Shown: one piece after another, positions 50,950-63,243 of the stretch
Position numbering within the stretch: the stretch's first letter is position 1
Layout of the letters: every line of letters begins with the position of its first letter
Assembly (NCBI GenBank): GCA_000320545.1
Contig: ADNK01003292.1
Location: 1-64,000, forward strand
Length of the DNA: 64,000 nt
DNA from: Bigelowiella natans CCMP2755
Taxonomy: Eukaryota > Protista > Cercozoa
Direction of reading: 5' to 3'
Made by a program: the position numbers and the translations under genes
The notes under the pieces: generated by a model
The model's input: the letters and a program-made list of their open reading frames with translations, nothing else
Database searches by the model: none
Told to the model about the DNA's origin: nothing

Positions 50950-53900
50950 AATCTCACGTCATTTTGGCTTTCTTCCACATATCGTACAGTCCCTGTACCC
51001 CTCCTCCTCCTCCTCCTCCTCCTCCCCGTGCTAACGTTTCGTAAACCTGAGCAAAAACCAATGTTATCACTGAAAAGAAGACAGGCTAAACGGCGTACGG
51101 AGAGGGAACAAAACGCATCTCTTTCAATCACCGAATTTGTTTGTTGCACGCTTGCTATTGGTCTTGAAAGCATTTTTGTTAAAGACAGGCGCATTATCAT
51201 TCCATCCCCCCCCCCCCCTTCTCTGTTCCCTGTTTTACATTGTCCTCTTCAGTTGCCTACCTTGTTATTCGATTTAACGGAATTGAAATCTCCTGCCAAT
51301 GCAATAAATGCTTCTGGAAACCTGAACCCATCATTGTTGTATTCATCATCATCAGCATCAACCTAAACCCATCATTGTTGTATTCATCATCATCATCAAC
51401 ATCACCATCATTATCACCATAATTCTTGTTATATTGCGTTGTAGCTCACTTCTGCTGCAGGCGATCCACGAGGGAAAGAAGGGCTTTCGCGCTCTGGCCG
51501 TCGAGGTTAAAACGCAGCGAGGTTGAATGAGAAGTGGTGAGGAGGTTGATATTATTGATGATGATGATTGTGAAGATGATGGTGGTGGTGATGATGATGA
51601 TGATAATGATGAGAAATCAGATTTAGTGCTAAGGTTTCTTCCATATCATCACTCGCTACCATCACCATTCGTCATTACCGCCACACTCACTCATTGTACC
51701 GTGCACTCACTACAAGCACTATCCTCAATCAAATTTTCTATTCTAATGCGACAACAACAAGCAACGGCCCCACTCACCTCCTCCCTTGCTCTCACTCCAA
51801 CGTGATCTAAGTGCGTATTGACGATGCATATCTGCAGCGGGTAATGATGCCCCTGTTCTTTCTCTCCCTGCACAAGGCCCAGCAGCACCCACGTGGCAAT
51901 ACGTGCTTTCGCCCCGTCCCACCTGGCCATCAACACCAACGATGGAGGGTGATGATATGGCAAACAAGGCGACACCGATAATGAAAAATGCTCATTTTGT
52001 GATGAAATGGATGGTGGTGATAATGATGAAGGTGATGATGGTCATTACTACTGCTACTACTACTACTACTACTACTACTACTTTAAGACAAGAAAGATGG
52101 GAATTTAAGCGGTATATCCTCGCTGTATTACCCAACGGATCCTTCAATATGGGGTGTTTCGGACAGCCAAATAGTCTCTTCCTGCAAGTGCACATCAACC
52201 ATTGATATAAGCTGCTGTTTCATGCTTACGACGAGACAGAGTCGAGCTGAGTATGATCAGGCGTATTTTTGTATTGAAAAGCCCCCTTCCCTCTTTCACC
52301 TCTTTCACACTTACTCCTACTAAAAACTACTAACAATACTACTCCTGCTACTACCGCTGCTGCTGTTACCCTAAAACAACTACAACAACAAGAACAACAC
52401 AACAGCAGCAACGACGGCGACAACTGGTACTTGTATCAGGGTGAATTTCTCCTTGTTAAAGAAGATTGCACAGTGCTCGTCTTCGTGAGTGCCGTTTCTG
52501 CAGCAGCCGATCCATCTAAAGAGAGGTTGTGGTGAGATCTAAATCAGGCGTTAACTCCTTCATCATCCGGTTGTTATTGTCGTTGTGTATGCGGATCGTT
52601 CGTCTCCCCCACCGAAAACCCAAGCCCTGTCAAAAATCCGTCGATGTTCCTGTTTCTTTTAGGAGTTTGTTCTGTGTTTCAGTATGGTGTTCTTACGAAA
52701 GTAGTAGAAGGCAAAGGAAAAGGAGAGGAGGAGGAGGAGGAGGAGGAGGGGAAACGTTTGAGCACGATCGATCCACGGGGGTGTAGCTTCCCTCCCAAGA
52801 ATGCGGATTGTACGACGATGGTGAAAGTAACGATGCAGAAGACGACAACAATCACAACGAGAGGCAAGGAAACCTAAAGCTTTCCAGTGCCTCATCTAGG
52901 TACTCTAATTGCTGGATCCTTCCTTCCTGTGTTGCTACATGATATGGACGACAAGGTCAGCAGCACTAACATCATTTCGTCTCAAGTGCATCAATATATA
53001 TTATATATATAATTTATATATATATCATGACTATTCGATGTGTTTCGCCTCTTTCGCTCGCTTTTTACCCACAATATCCGCATTGTATTTCTGTATCATT
53101 TTGACGACAGCTTCCCGACGATGCGGCCAACCATTTATACCTTTTCACGCGACCACAAAATCCATCTTCAGGATTAGGAGAAATCGTAACGAAGGGCTCG
53201 CCTTCCTATCATCATACAATTGGTGTTGCATGCTACCATCGCGCTCTGATCTAGAACTTGTGCGTAGATTAAACGTCCAGAGGTTTAAATCCACTGGTGG
53301 GAGAGACAGAGGGGGGAGAGTGGGGAGAGGGGGGGGAGAGAGACAACGGAGAAGAACGACGACGATGACGATGATGGTAAGGACGATGATCAAGATGACG
53401 AAAGGCTTTAGACTGAGTATGATAGGGTCGCACAATATCAGGATTTATCACGAATGGAAGTGTAGGTCACCTCCTGCGGGAGAGCCTGCAGAGGCATAGG
53501 AAGAAGCACTCCTAATTAGAAGCAAGCGTTCGTCGTTCATGCGTGAGCATAAATCTCAAGTGGTAAGTGTAGTAGGGACTACTCAATGTACAATGGATAG
53601 ACATTCATCTGCTTTTGATGGAGGGAAATTAGCACACTCAATGATACAAGGTTACGCTACTTATGCTCTCTGCTAGCGACAGTGGACGAAGGCCTGCAAT
53701 GCTTGAAAGGCCGTGGTTTTCCTTCGATGATAGTCCCTGTTGTGACCATATCTTCTCTCCCGAAACTTCTCGCGTATTTGAAACAGCAACTACGGAGATT
53801 CTTCATCATCATCCTCGCGCAAGGACGGCTGGCAAGGACCCTGCTGCTGCCCCCCCTCCCTTTTCCAGTCCTCCCTCCTTTCCGTGAGGGGACAATTTCC

Positions 53901-54028
53901 CACCCTGCGGTGAGAAGGAGCAAGGAGAGGAAGAAGAGGAGGAGGAGGGAAAGGACTATCGTGGTTGCTGCTGCAGTAGAAGATGTCGAATTGGAATAAT
54001 CCCATGGACAACGTCTCCGATCCGCCAT
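49824..54028 (-). CDS. Endonuclease/exonuclease/phosphatase (EEP) family protein, multi-exon; 5' end uncertain (possible signal anchor starting at 54028)
   Basis: LNLWTFNLR, EHCAIFFNKEKF, WLSETPHIEGSVG/WDGAKARIATWVLL, IVNTHLDHVG, AGDFNS, HIDWLLYRG, RYPS/DHFPVAAEI. Confidence 0.85.
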
Positions 54029-54609
54029 TCAAGCGATGCAGTCTTAGCCCGGCGCTGCCTTCCCCCTTCCACCCTAGCCACAATTTCAATCGCCCTTGTC
54101 AAGTAGATAATGAGCTAAATCTATCCTTCGTTGGGTGATGGAGATTAATTTGGGGGGGGGCAGGGGGGGGGGGGGATGCCACGGCGATGACAACGACCGA
54201 CGACGACGTCGACGTGTCTTTTCTCTCCCGTTATTATCTGCCCCTAGCTGCTGTAATAAGAATAATTTATATGAGGAAACATCTAACTAATATTCAGAAA
54301 ATTATTGATAATCTGGAAATTACAGGTTGATGCACATCTCATAGAAAAAAAATGTAATTAGATTTTATTTCGATTAAATTGTGTCAGAAACCTTGATCTC
54401 TGCTGCACTCTTCGGGCTACCAGCTCGTCCTTCGTCGATGGACGGCACGACCCCATCGAACACGGCTAGACGGGGAGATGCGACCATGCAAAGGGGCTTT
54501 TGATCGGTTGGTTTCGACCGAGCGTGTGCATTGAGATCTGAAATCACGATATTTCATTCTTCAATTCTTTCCCCCGCCCCCCCCACCAATCTCACCAGAG
54601 TGTTTGTTC

Positions 54610-55100
54610 GTGCACAGGCTAGCTAGCTAGCAGGCCTGCTGGCTGGGGACCGCAACGGCTGTCCTTCACGCGTGTGGCGATGCGATTATTGACCGAGACC
54701 TTGCTGGAAAGGAAGGGATTTGATTCGGACGATGTGAGCATACGCACGGTACTTAAACTGGCATGATCACATTTTTTCAATGTGTGGTCATTCTGCGCTA
54801 GCCAGGTGTAGCTTTGCATGCAATGCGGCACAGATGTGCACAGCGCATCAATAACATCATGCACTATTGCATCAACATGCAGGCGCCAGCGGTGTACCGT
54901 AGTGTAGCATGTAAGCAGATGCGAAAGGATTCATGACTCCGTCATTGTTTGCGCAGTAGACGCTGCTATGTATCAATGTGCACGTACAATTCTATATTTC
55001 TAAATCGCATAATAAACACACCATTCATGTAATTCAAGCTAGCTAGCTGTGAGCCGCATGCGGTGCGCTGTGCGGATATTCATATACGTCTCTAGATAGA
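54610..55100. other. Partly TpA-eroded patch 3' of the mS26-like gene, with degenerate copies of the ~70-bp element (~54771-54829 +; possibly 55052-55092 -)
   Basis: ttttttcaatgtgtggtcattctg...gtagctttgcatgcaatgcggc resembles the element; TGCA/CATG-rich with gctagctag runs. Confidence 0.5.
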
Positions 55101-55226
55101 CGTTAGCGTACTAGCTTACGACAGGTATAGGCACGCCTGTGTTGTCACATATCTACAAACTACAACGCGTTCTACAGGCCTGTCACTCCAGCATGAAACT
55201 ATTGGGAACACGACGACAAAGCGAAT

Positions 55227-56057
55227 CTATCCTTCAGATTTTCCTCCTTCTGCACCGCTCTCACCAGAAGAGATGGCAGGATCACTTGCCTTGTCCATTT
55301 GATCCTCCGCTTGTTTGATGGCACTATCGACATCATCTTCACCTCCCACCCCCTCCTCTTCTTCGAAAACTAGCTCAGGAGCTCGGGAATCAATCTCTTT
55401 TGCGAGCCTCAAGTTTCGCTCTTCCGGAAGTTCTGCCTGCGGCTGCAACCTTATGTCAAATGGCAGACGAGATTGTAGCATATTCTCGAACGACTTCATG
55501 CGGTCTCCCTTGGTGTACATCGGGAGTTTCTCTGGCCAAAATCCATCCGGGAGCAACTGTACATGTGAATAACCAACATATATCATCATCATCAGCATCC
55601 TCGTCGCCATGATCGTCTTTGTTCTTGCTCTCTCCTCCCCCCCCAACATACACATATGACGAATTTAAAATTAGAGCCAGATATTACTGTTACACCTGCT
55701 CGCTAAGTGCGAGCCTGTATATGCATCTTAACACGTATGTAGTATGGTGACCGCTATATACATGCAACATCTCTAGCTACAATGGCTTTCCCGTGATCAA
55801 CTCCTTTCTAAGTTTAACCCTCCTCCTCTGCCTCCTCTTTCCCTAGCCTCCACTATCTGGTGTTCCGACCTGCCTATCGAACGTGTCTTCGTTGATTTGC
55901 GCTTCGTCTACGATCCATTCAGGGGACTCCTTTGTCAGAACGTACTCAAGCTCTTCCTTCATTTCGTCCTGTTTGTCGTTTTTCCACAGATGCCTGGAAT
56001 CATGAGTTTTAGTTGTATTTTATATACATTTGTACCAATCTTCCTGAATCCCTATAT

Positions 56058-56101
<44 letters not shown>

Positions 56102-56952
56102 ATTAAAAATATCATTATGTATATTTCTTTCTTATATATTCCTTCATCCCTGCGTGATATACTGGGCAGCAAGTGCTACGATGCATCCTCATCACCCTCC
56201 CGCTTCTCTGGAGATTCAAGTACCATTTTCGCATTTGCTCTTTGAATTCCAATTCCTGACGGATTCGTCTTTCTTCGTCCTCCTTCGCCTTGCGCTCCAG
56301 GAATGCTGCTGTTTTTTCCTCCGCGATTCTGGCTTTCTCTGCACGACGAGCCTGATTGGAAGTAGTTGTGCACGTGTGTATGCATGCGTGTGAGGGTGCA
56401 ACGTTCAGAAGTTGTATCTTTGACATAAATCTCCAAAGAAATGTTTTGGGATTGATCAGCGAATCATCGCCCACTTTCACGTTGGAAAACGATAATTCAA
56501 CCGAACAATTTGTCTTAGTCGTGAATGCAATAACCTCTCTCTCCGCCTGCAGCTGAGCCTCTCGTGCTGCCTTCGCAGCTTCTATCTCCGCCATTTCTTG
56601 CATGTACTGCTTTCTGTAAGCGGTCATCTGAAAAATGACACGTGATAATTTTATCTTAAAAAATAAAAGCAAATGTCTGCAGCTCGACAACGGATACTCT
56701 ACTCAGCAAGCACAAAAGGATGGTGTAGACGATCTTCTTAACCACCTCGCTTTTGAAACGCCGCCGGTCCATGACATATGCAGACTCTTCGGCATTAGGA
56801 ACCCATTTTCCCCCATCATTAGAAGATTGAGGCTCTTTTGAGGCATCAGGCGCCGAGGAAAACCCACGACTCCAGGAAGAGGCAGCATAAGCACCATGAC
56901 CACCATGGCCGCCACGGACCCTTGCGCGAGCCACCGTCCCCAGCCGGCGCAT
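55227..56952 (-). CDS. Mitochondrion-targeted coiled-coil protein, probable mitoribosomal small-subunit protein mS26; multi-exon
   Basis: Presequence MRRLGTVARARVRG...SRGFSS. FKSE/MTAYRKQYMQEMAE...long EKR helix...KESLKWIVDEAQINED resembles the mS26 pattern as I recall it; needs a profile search. Confidence 0.55.
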
Positions 56953-57325
56953 TTCTATTCTAGTGACTCTGGATGCAGATTTTATCAGAAATGTAATGTA
57001 AATTTATACTGCGACAAAGTATAGTGATTGTCTTAGAAGCTGATGGAGTCCCTGTAGCCATTATTTCCCAAGAAAGTTGAGTAAATTCAGACTAAGTCTG
57101 TGGATATATCTGGGACGAAATTATGACAGGATGGTTGATGCGTCGCAACAATAACTACAATTTTCCTAATTTGGCAATCATAATTCACGCCCCCGCCCCA
57201 TCGTTAGATCTATGGCGAAACGTGTTGGAGCTGGGATTGTGTTTGGAGTTGACTTATAACATTGCCATGTTACCAGCCAGCAGTAGTTAGGACCTCCATC
57301 TTCGCACCAGCTCGGCCTTTCAGTG

Positions 57326-59710
57326 ATGCAGGACGATGGGAATAATAATACCATTCGACGGCAAGAGATGGAACACGCACCGCTCCTCAGGGGAGACGCC
57401 AAACAACGTGGAACACAATACACGGAAACCAACATTATTGCAGCTCGTTCTGCTTCGATCGAAAATGCCGGCAAATCGGACAATGACCATCCAGAGAGCT
57501 CATGGCCCTTTGTGGGAAATACGACGAGGTTTAGCGATCACGGACTCGTCGTAGTAGTGAGACAATTTATTCAGTTTGGTGTTGGTTGTGTTTTCACCCT
57601 CATTTGGGTGTCGGCGATTGTAATAGTATTCGCGGTTTGCATAAACTGGACGACGGATGGGCTGCTTGTCGCTGCGCTGCTACGTGGCAAGTCGGACTCT
57701 CCTGTGGAAGCAAGAATTCTCAGTATGTTTGTGGCGGTGATTTCCCTTCTCTTCCGCGTGTTTTATGCAACCTGTATTCTTTGGGTTGCCGTCAGTGCAA
57801 GCAAAGAAATGATAAGGGGTCTCCGAGAAGGCTACAGCCCTGCCGTGAGAAGTTTCATCAGTAAGGCGCTTGACCCGGCAAGCACGTGCACGCAAAGGTT
57901 GTTTTGGATGTTAATCTTCATCGCGTGGATTATCCTCCTCGGCTCTTTTGAATTCCTGTTGGTTTCTAAAAACTTGTACGGTCACTTCGGGCCTATATTC
58001 TGGTACACGATGCTGATGGGCAGCTGCACGATCACCGGCCTGTGCTTGCTGTTTGCCGAGTACATACGATGGTGCCATCAGATTATATCCGACCCTAGGC
58101 TTCCCGAATCAACATTCCAGCCTACGACCATGCTATGTACATTCTTCCGCCAATGGAAAAATCTCCATGGGGCGAGTTGGTTCTTGTTAGCCATTCACTC
58201 CATCGTGCACATTGGGCTTTTCCCCTTCACTCTCTGGAGGCTGCAACACGTACAGACAGCTTGGCAGGGAGCATTGGCGTTGACTAAGCTGCTGTTCTAT
58301 GTTTTATCATTTATTTTGGTGCCCTATTTCACGCTCAACGTGGTTCCGACGTTCCTTAACTATGTCGGTGATGTCAATCAGCAAGTTGACACTGAAGCCT
58401 CTCCTGGTAGCGGAGGGAACCGTAGCAGCGACAGAAATGGTAGCGACATTCGCTGGTGGCTCTGGATAATGTGCTTAATATTGACAGCTGGATTCGTCTC
58501 CATCGGCGTGCCATTGGTGTACAATGGGTGGGGCGCATGGTTCGGGGCCTCGTCCATCTCGATCTTCTTCGGCATTCTCTGGTCTGTCGTGTTCGATAAC
58601 CATATCAAGAGAGAGGGGAAGAAACTCAACTTTGCCCTGGTTGTAGCATATCTTCTTATCACTTGGTGCTGCTTTACCATGGTGCTGCTGCATATCTCAA
58701 GCTCTCCTCCTCAAGTCGCATCGCCAGCTGCTAATAGACACGATGATAGTCCTTCTTTTTCTTCCCCTCCTCTACCTCTCATGCATCGAAAAGCCATAAA
58801 TCATAGCCTTCCTGTGTATGGAATCTGCCAAAAAGATTGGTATGGGCTGAGCGCGCTTGAATTAGGCGAAATAGCAAGAATCTCTTACGAAATCCCCTCG
58901 TATTCCTCGGAAGAATCGTTAAGAGAGACAATAAGCAACATGACACAGTATTTAAACAATTTCCTATGCTCCCCTCTCGCACTTGTTGAGCCCAGACCTC
59001 CATTCAACCGAGTTCAGTACTGCCCGTTCTCTGTCGAGATGGTGTCGTCATCCCCCCCCTTCTTCGCTCACATCAAGGGCGGGAATCTGAACGTCATTGC
59101 GATTCGAGGCAGCGCAGATGTCCTCGACTTCTTCGAGGACTTCCAAGTGTGGAGCGAGATTGGAACTCTGCAGCTTGTGAGCTTTATAGTGCCTCTATAC
59201 CACCTTTGGCCGGTGCGGTTGGCTGCTCAATATGCGTGGCTGGTTGACTTAGCCTTCCAGAAAGACATGTACGTCAGGGGCGTGGAACGCTACATGCACA
59301 ATGCTGGCCTGATCGACTATAAAGGGAAGGATCCATTCAAACGAGTGCTCCTCACTGGCCACTCTCTAGGTGGGGGACTCGCAGCTATCATAGGAGCTCG
59401 GACAGATCACCGCTCCATCGGCTTCTCTAGCCCGGGGGCAACGCTCCAACATGTGAAGTTCAACTTCGAATGGGAGAGTCTACGAAAGACTTCCACCACA
59501 ATTTTCAGCTACGGTGACTATGTACCGAATTTCGATATTCACTCCGGTTTGATCCAGGCGGTGATGTGTCGCGCGTCCGAGGGCCTGAAGTGCCACTCGC
59601 TGCATGACTTGCTCTGCGAGATCGTCGCTGGCTGCCCGGCGTTACCAGACTTGTATCTTACAGATGAAGCATACTGGAATAATCGGTGTGTCAACTCGGC
59701 TTCTGGCTGA
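57326..59710 (+). CDS. Multi-pass membrane protein with a C-terminal class-3 lipase (alpha/beta hydrolase) domain; single exon
   Basis: About 10 hydrophobic segments, then VIAIRGS, VLLTGHSLGGGLA (GxSxG), FSSPG, DYVPNFD, CHSL. Confidence 0.88.
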   Translation: MQDDGNNNTIRRQEMEHAPLLRGDAKQRGTQYTETNIIAARSASIENAGKSDNDHPESSWPFVGNTTRFSDHGLVVVVRQFIQFGVGCVFTLIWVSAIVIVFAVCINWTTDGLLVAALLRGKSDSPVEARILSMFVAVISLLFRVFYATCILWVAVSASKEMIRGLREGYSPAVRSFISKALDPASTCTQRLFWMLIFIAWIILLGSFEFLLVSKNLYGHFGPIFWYTMLMGSCTITGLCLLFAEYIRWCHQIISDPRLPESTFQPTTMLCTFFRQWKNLHGASWFLLAIHSIVHIGLFPFTLWRLQHVQTAWQGALALTKLLFYVLSFILVPYFTLNVVPTFLNYVGDVNQQVDTEASPGSGGNRSSDRNGSDIRWWLWIMCLILTAGFVSIGVPLVYNGWGAWFGASSISIFFGILWSVVFDNHIKREGKKLNFALVVAYLLITWCCFTMVLLHISSSPPQVASPAANRHDDSPSFSSPPLPLMHRKAINHSLPVYGICQKDWYGLSALELGEIARISYEIPSYSSEESLRETISNMTQYLNNFLCSPLALVEPRPPFNRVQYCPFSVEMVSSSPPFFAHIKGGNLNVIAIRGSADVLDFFEDFQVWSEIGTLQLVSFIVPLYHLWPVRLAAQYAWLVDLAFQKDMYVRGVERYMHNAGLIDYKGKDPFKRVLLTGHSLGGGLAAIIGARTDHRSIGFSSPGATLQHVKFNFEWESLRKTSTTIFSYGDYVPNFDIHSGLIQAVMCRASEGLKCHSLHDLLCEIVAGCPALPDLYLTDEAYWNNRCVNSASG

Positions 59711-59849
59711 TGAGTTCCATCATCTTTGCATGAGTAGTGAGAGACTTGGGCCTCCTTGCTTGCTTGGTTCCATGAACCAAAAACCAGCACCGCACTCACG
59801 GAAGATGTCCACATGCGGCGCAGCTGTGATCTACACATAGATCCCTTAA

Positions 59850-60720
59850 TACAGAGCTAAGAAATGCGATTTGTCGATCGCAGATGTGTTGCATCTCACA
59901 CGTTGCAACCAAAGTGTCGTGTTCATTGACATGGAATCACAATGCTCATGCATCGTATCAATGCATGTGCATGCGTGACACCGTGCACATGTAGCCATCC
60001 AACACTTGATCCCCAAGCAACAAAAGAATTGCAAAGTGATGATGATGCACACTGGCATTGCTAGATTGACTCGTTCTGTAGCCCTACAAGGCTACATAGC
60101 GTACGCACGCACGAACACGTGTAGTTCAGTGCACATGTTCTTTGCAACACGTGCTCGAGGTTCGGTACATTGCTCTGAACCGTCTTGGTGATCGCAAGTG
60201 CAACGAGACAGAGATCAGCCGGTACGCTCTGTAGCTCTATGAGGCTACACAACGTGTTTGTTGCCCAGCTAGCCAGTCACATTGCGTTGCAACACACGCA
60301 TCATGCACTCATGGCACCAGAATTCATGAGCAACGTGAAGCCCGTAGCACTGCTAGACTGCACATGCATCATGCACTCATAGCACCAGAATTCATGAGCA
60401 ACACGAAGCCCGTAGCACTGCACATGCATCAACTAGCCACAGTGCAAACAAAATGCAAATCGCGACATCACGGCTCGTTTGTTGTGGCATGCCAGCATGG
60501 GCGAGCTAGCGAGGTGTCAGATGGCCTTGGAAATGACATCACTTTGTCATGTGTGTGTGCACAAACCATCACTTTTCTTCACGCGATTGCTCGAAGTTTT
60601 GCATCGACCATGTCTAGATGTGCTACGCTCATGTGGATGCGTCGTTGCACACCCTTCGAATGTGACACGAACACCGAGATTCAGTTCTGATTTTCTTCGA
60701 CGGCTCCTCGAATTTCCTCC
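59850..60720. other. TpA-eroded patch 3' of the lipase gene, with a ~61-bp tandem duplication (60293-60353 / 60361-60421)
   Basis: Surviving TA are nearly all CTA, TAG or GTAC. The duplicate copies differ only by transitions. Confidence 0.75.
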
Positions 60721-61248
60721 AAGCTCGTGAAATTTTCTCCAGGATCATTGGAGCATTGAAGAATCCCATGCTCTCATCGTCAATACGCATCCCCCTTTCG
60801 TAGCTTTGCTTTGCAGCAGCCCTGAACGAGCGGATCAACAAGAAAGATGGTTTTCTTCAAGCCGAGGAGTGTTCGCAAAAGAGTCGGTCTCTATTTTCCA
60901 CATGAATTAACTTTTATTTCCCAGTCTCTTTGTGGAAATGCCCTACAATTTTAGATAAATCTTCCAAAACTACGCCCAACAATCTCAAAACCATTTCCTC
61001 TTTCCTGGCCGCTACCCACTAAGATTTGAGGTGTGAAGGGGGTGGGGCGTGCGGATCGGAAACTCGCTGGAGGGAGAGACCTTTTTCGTGCATAAGAATT
61101 GAGATTAATTTCGTAACATCTTAAGAAAACAGATGATTGGTGAGGTTTCAATGAGGGGGGGGAAATGGATACCAAAAGCCATGTTGCCGAGAGAAGAAAC
61201 ATCAAGACCTGAACGTTGTTTCTTTTTCTTAGTCGGATCACCAAGAAG

Positions 61249-62430
61249 ATGTCAGAGAATTTCTGGCAGAGATCCCGGGGGAAGAGGAGGAGTGCCCCAG
61301 CGAGGGGAAAGTCAAAAAAGGAAGTGGAAGAATGTAATATAATCCCGTAATGACATCGGAAGAATATTCTCGAAATCCTTCACTCAACATTTCTGCACTC
61401 CATAATCATTGGAAGAATATTCTCGAAATCCTTTACTCAACATTTCTGCACCCCATAATCATTGGAAGAATATTCTCGAAATCCTTCACTCAACATTTCT
61501 GCACTCCATAATCATTGGAAGAATATTCTCGAAATCCTTCACTCAACATTTCTGCACTCCATAATCATTCACAGTGGTCGCAAAATTAAGTGCCATGGGG
61601 TTCAGCGAAAATGATTGTAGGAAAGCCCTCAAATCCACGGTTGGTATACAGTACGTAACAAAGTGATAGTTAGAAGCGAAAACGCCTGATTTTGGCACTT
61701 ACAACTACAAAAGAATCTAAAGCACTAACGAAGACAACCTGTCTATAACATAGAATTACATCGAACAAGAGGCAGTAAATATTCTGCTGAATAACCCTTC
61801 GAAGCCATCTAATAAGAAGTCGCCCCGTAAGAAATCCCCTGCCAGGACGAAGAAGAAGAGCAGATACTTGCCCCCCCCTCCGTTCGCTGCATTGGAAGAG
61901 GATGTTGAATTCGAAAAGGGAAACTTCTTGGATTGCCGTGACAAGTATGGAATGTGGCTCGAGGCTGAAGTTGTCAAACTCAGAAAGTACTTAGAGTAGT
62001 AGCTCGGTTACATCAGCTGTGTTATTGTTCTACGAGTGGTGGTGGTGGTTGTAGTAGAAGAAGAAGAAGAAGAAGAAGAAGAAGGGCAGTGGTGGCTAGC
62101 TATTGTTTCGTCAAAAATTTAGCGTTTTTGTCTATAGACAGCAGGGTCTGGATAATCCTTGAATAATATATGTTTTAATGTGCAAACTTGAGTTTCTCCC
62201 TCCTCCTCATCCTCCTCCTCATCCTCCTCCTCATCATCCTCCTCATCATCCTCATCCTCATCCTCATCCTCCTCCTCCTGATCGTACTCTTCTCTTAGCG
62301 ACGAGGTGTTGATTCACTATAACAACTGGGACAGCAAATGGGACGAATGGATTCCTCTCAAGGACAAAGATAAATTTGCCCCTTTCCATCGACTTTCAGT
62401 CCATGGTGAGCTCGAGCATAATAATAATAA

Positions 62431-62461
<31 letters not shown>

Positions 62462-63202
62462 CAGCAGCAGCAGCGTTGCTCACAATTCGAATTCATGCTG
62501 GAGGAAGTGACTTTGCCAAATAGAATCTACGCTGCCTCGAAAAGAATGAAGGATTCTTTGGTGATCCCACCATCGATACTTCACTGCTCTTTTTGTGTGG
62601 GGAGAAACTTAAGGAAATGCAGCACATGATCGACGCGTATTCAGCGCCATTAAACCCTTTTCTTCGTGCCGCATTGTTGCACTGAATTGGGCTTATCTGC
62701 CTTCGTATTCTTCTTCTCTCCCAACAGGCAAACAGACAAAGTATAGAATGAATGCTAAAGTCGCAATATGGGGTCCCAATGGGCTGCGCAAGTGGTTTCA
62801 GGGAGTCATAACGGACATAAAGCACAAACAAGTCAAAGTAACATACGACGAGGTACTCTATATAGTCATTATTATGCGAAGAAGAAGAAGAAGAAGAAGG
62901 AGGAGGAGGAAGATACAACCCTAGAACATCGCAAACATAGCACCTGCTTGACGCTCTCTCGTAATCACGAGTAGCCTTCGTCATGTATCATCACTCGTCA
63001 TCATTTTTGTCGAATTTTGCCTTAGTGCCAATCGTAGAAATAAGTTTCTGGCCAGATCGTATTTTCTTGTGTTAATTGTGGTTGAATTCTCCCTCACCCC
63101 CCTCACCCCCCTCTCCCCCCTCTCCCCTCCCCCCGTGGATGCGAGTAACCAAAGTTCTCAACTTCTTAATGTGCCTTCTCCTCCTCCTGCTGCTGCTGCT
63201 GC

Positions 63203-63243
<41 letters not shown>

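Noticed and set aside
60629-60841. 70-aa - strand ORF as a possible transposase fragment
   Set aside because: No recognisable motif and too short to support a call.
61358-61569. CRISPR-like array
   Set aside because: Contiguous 53-bp units with no unique spacers, inside a eukaryotic intron, with no cas genes.
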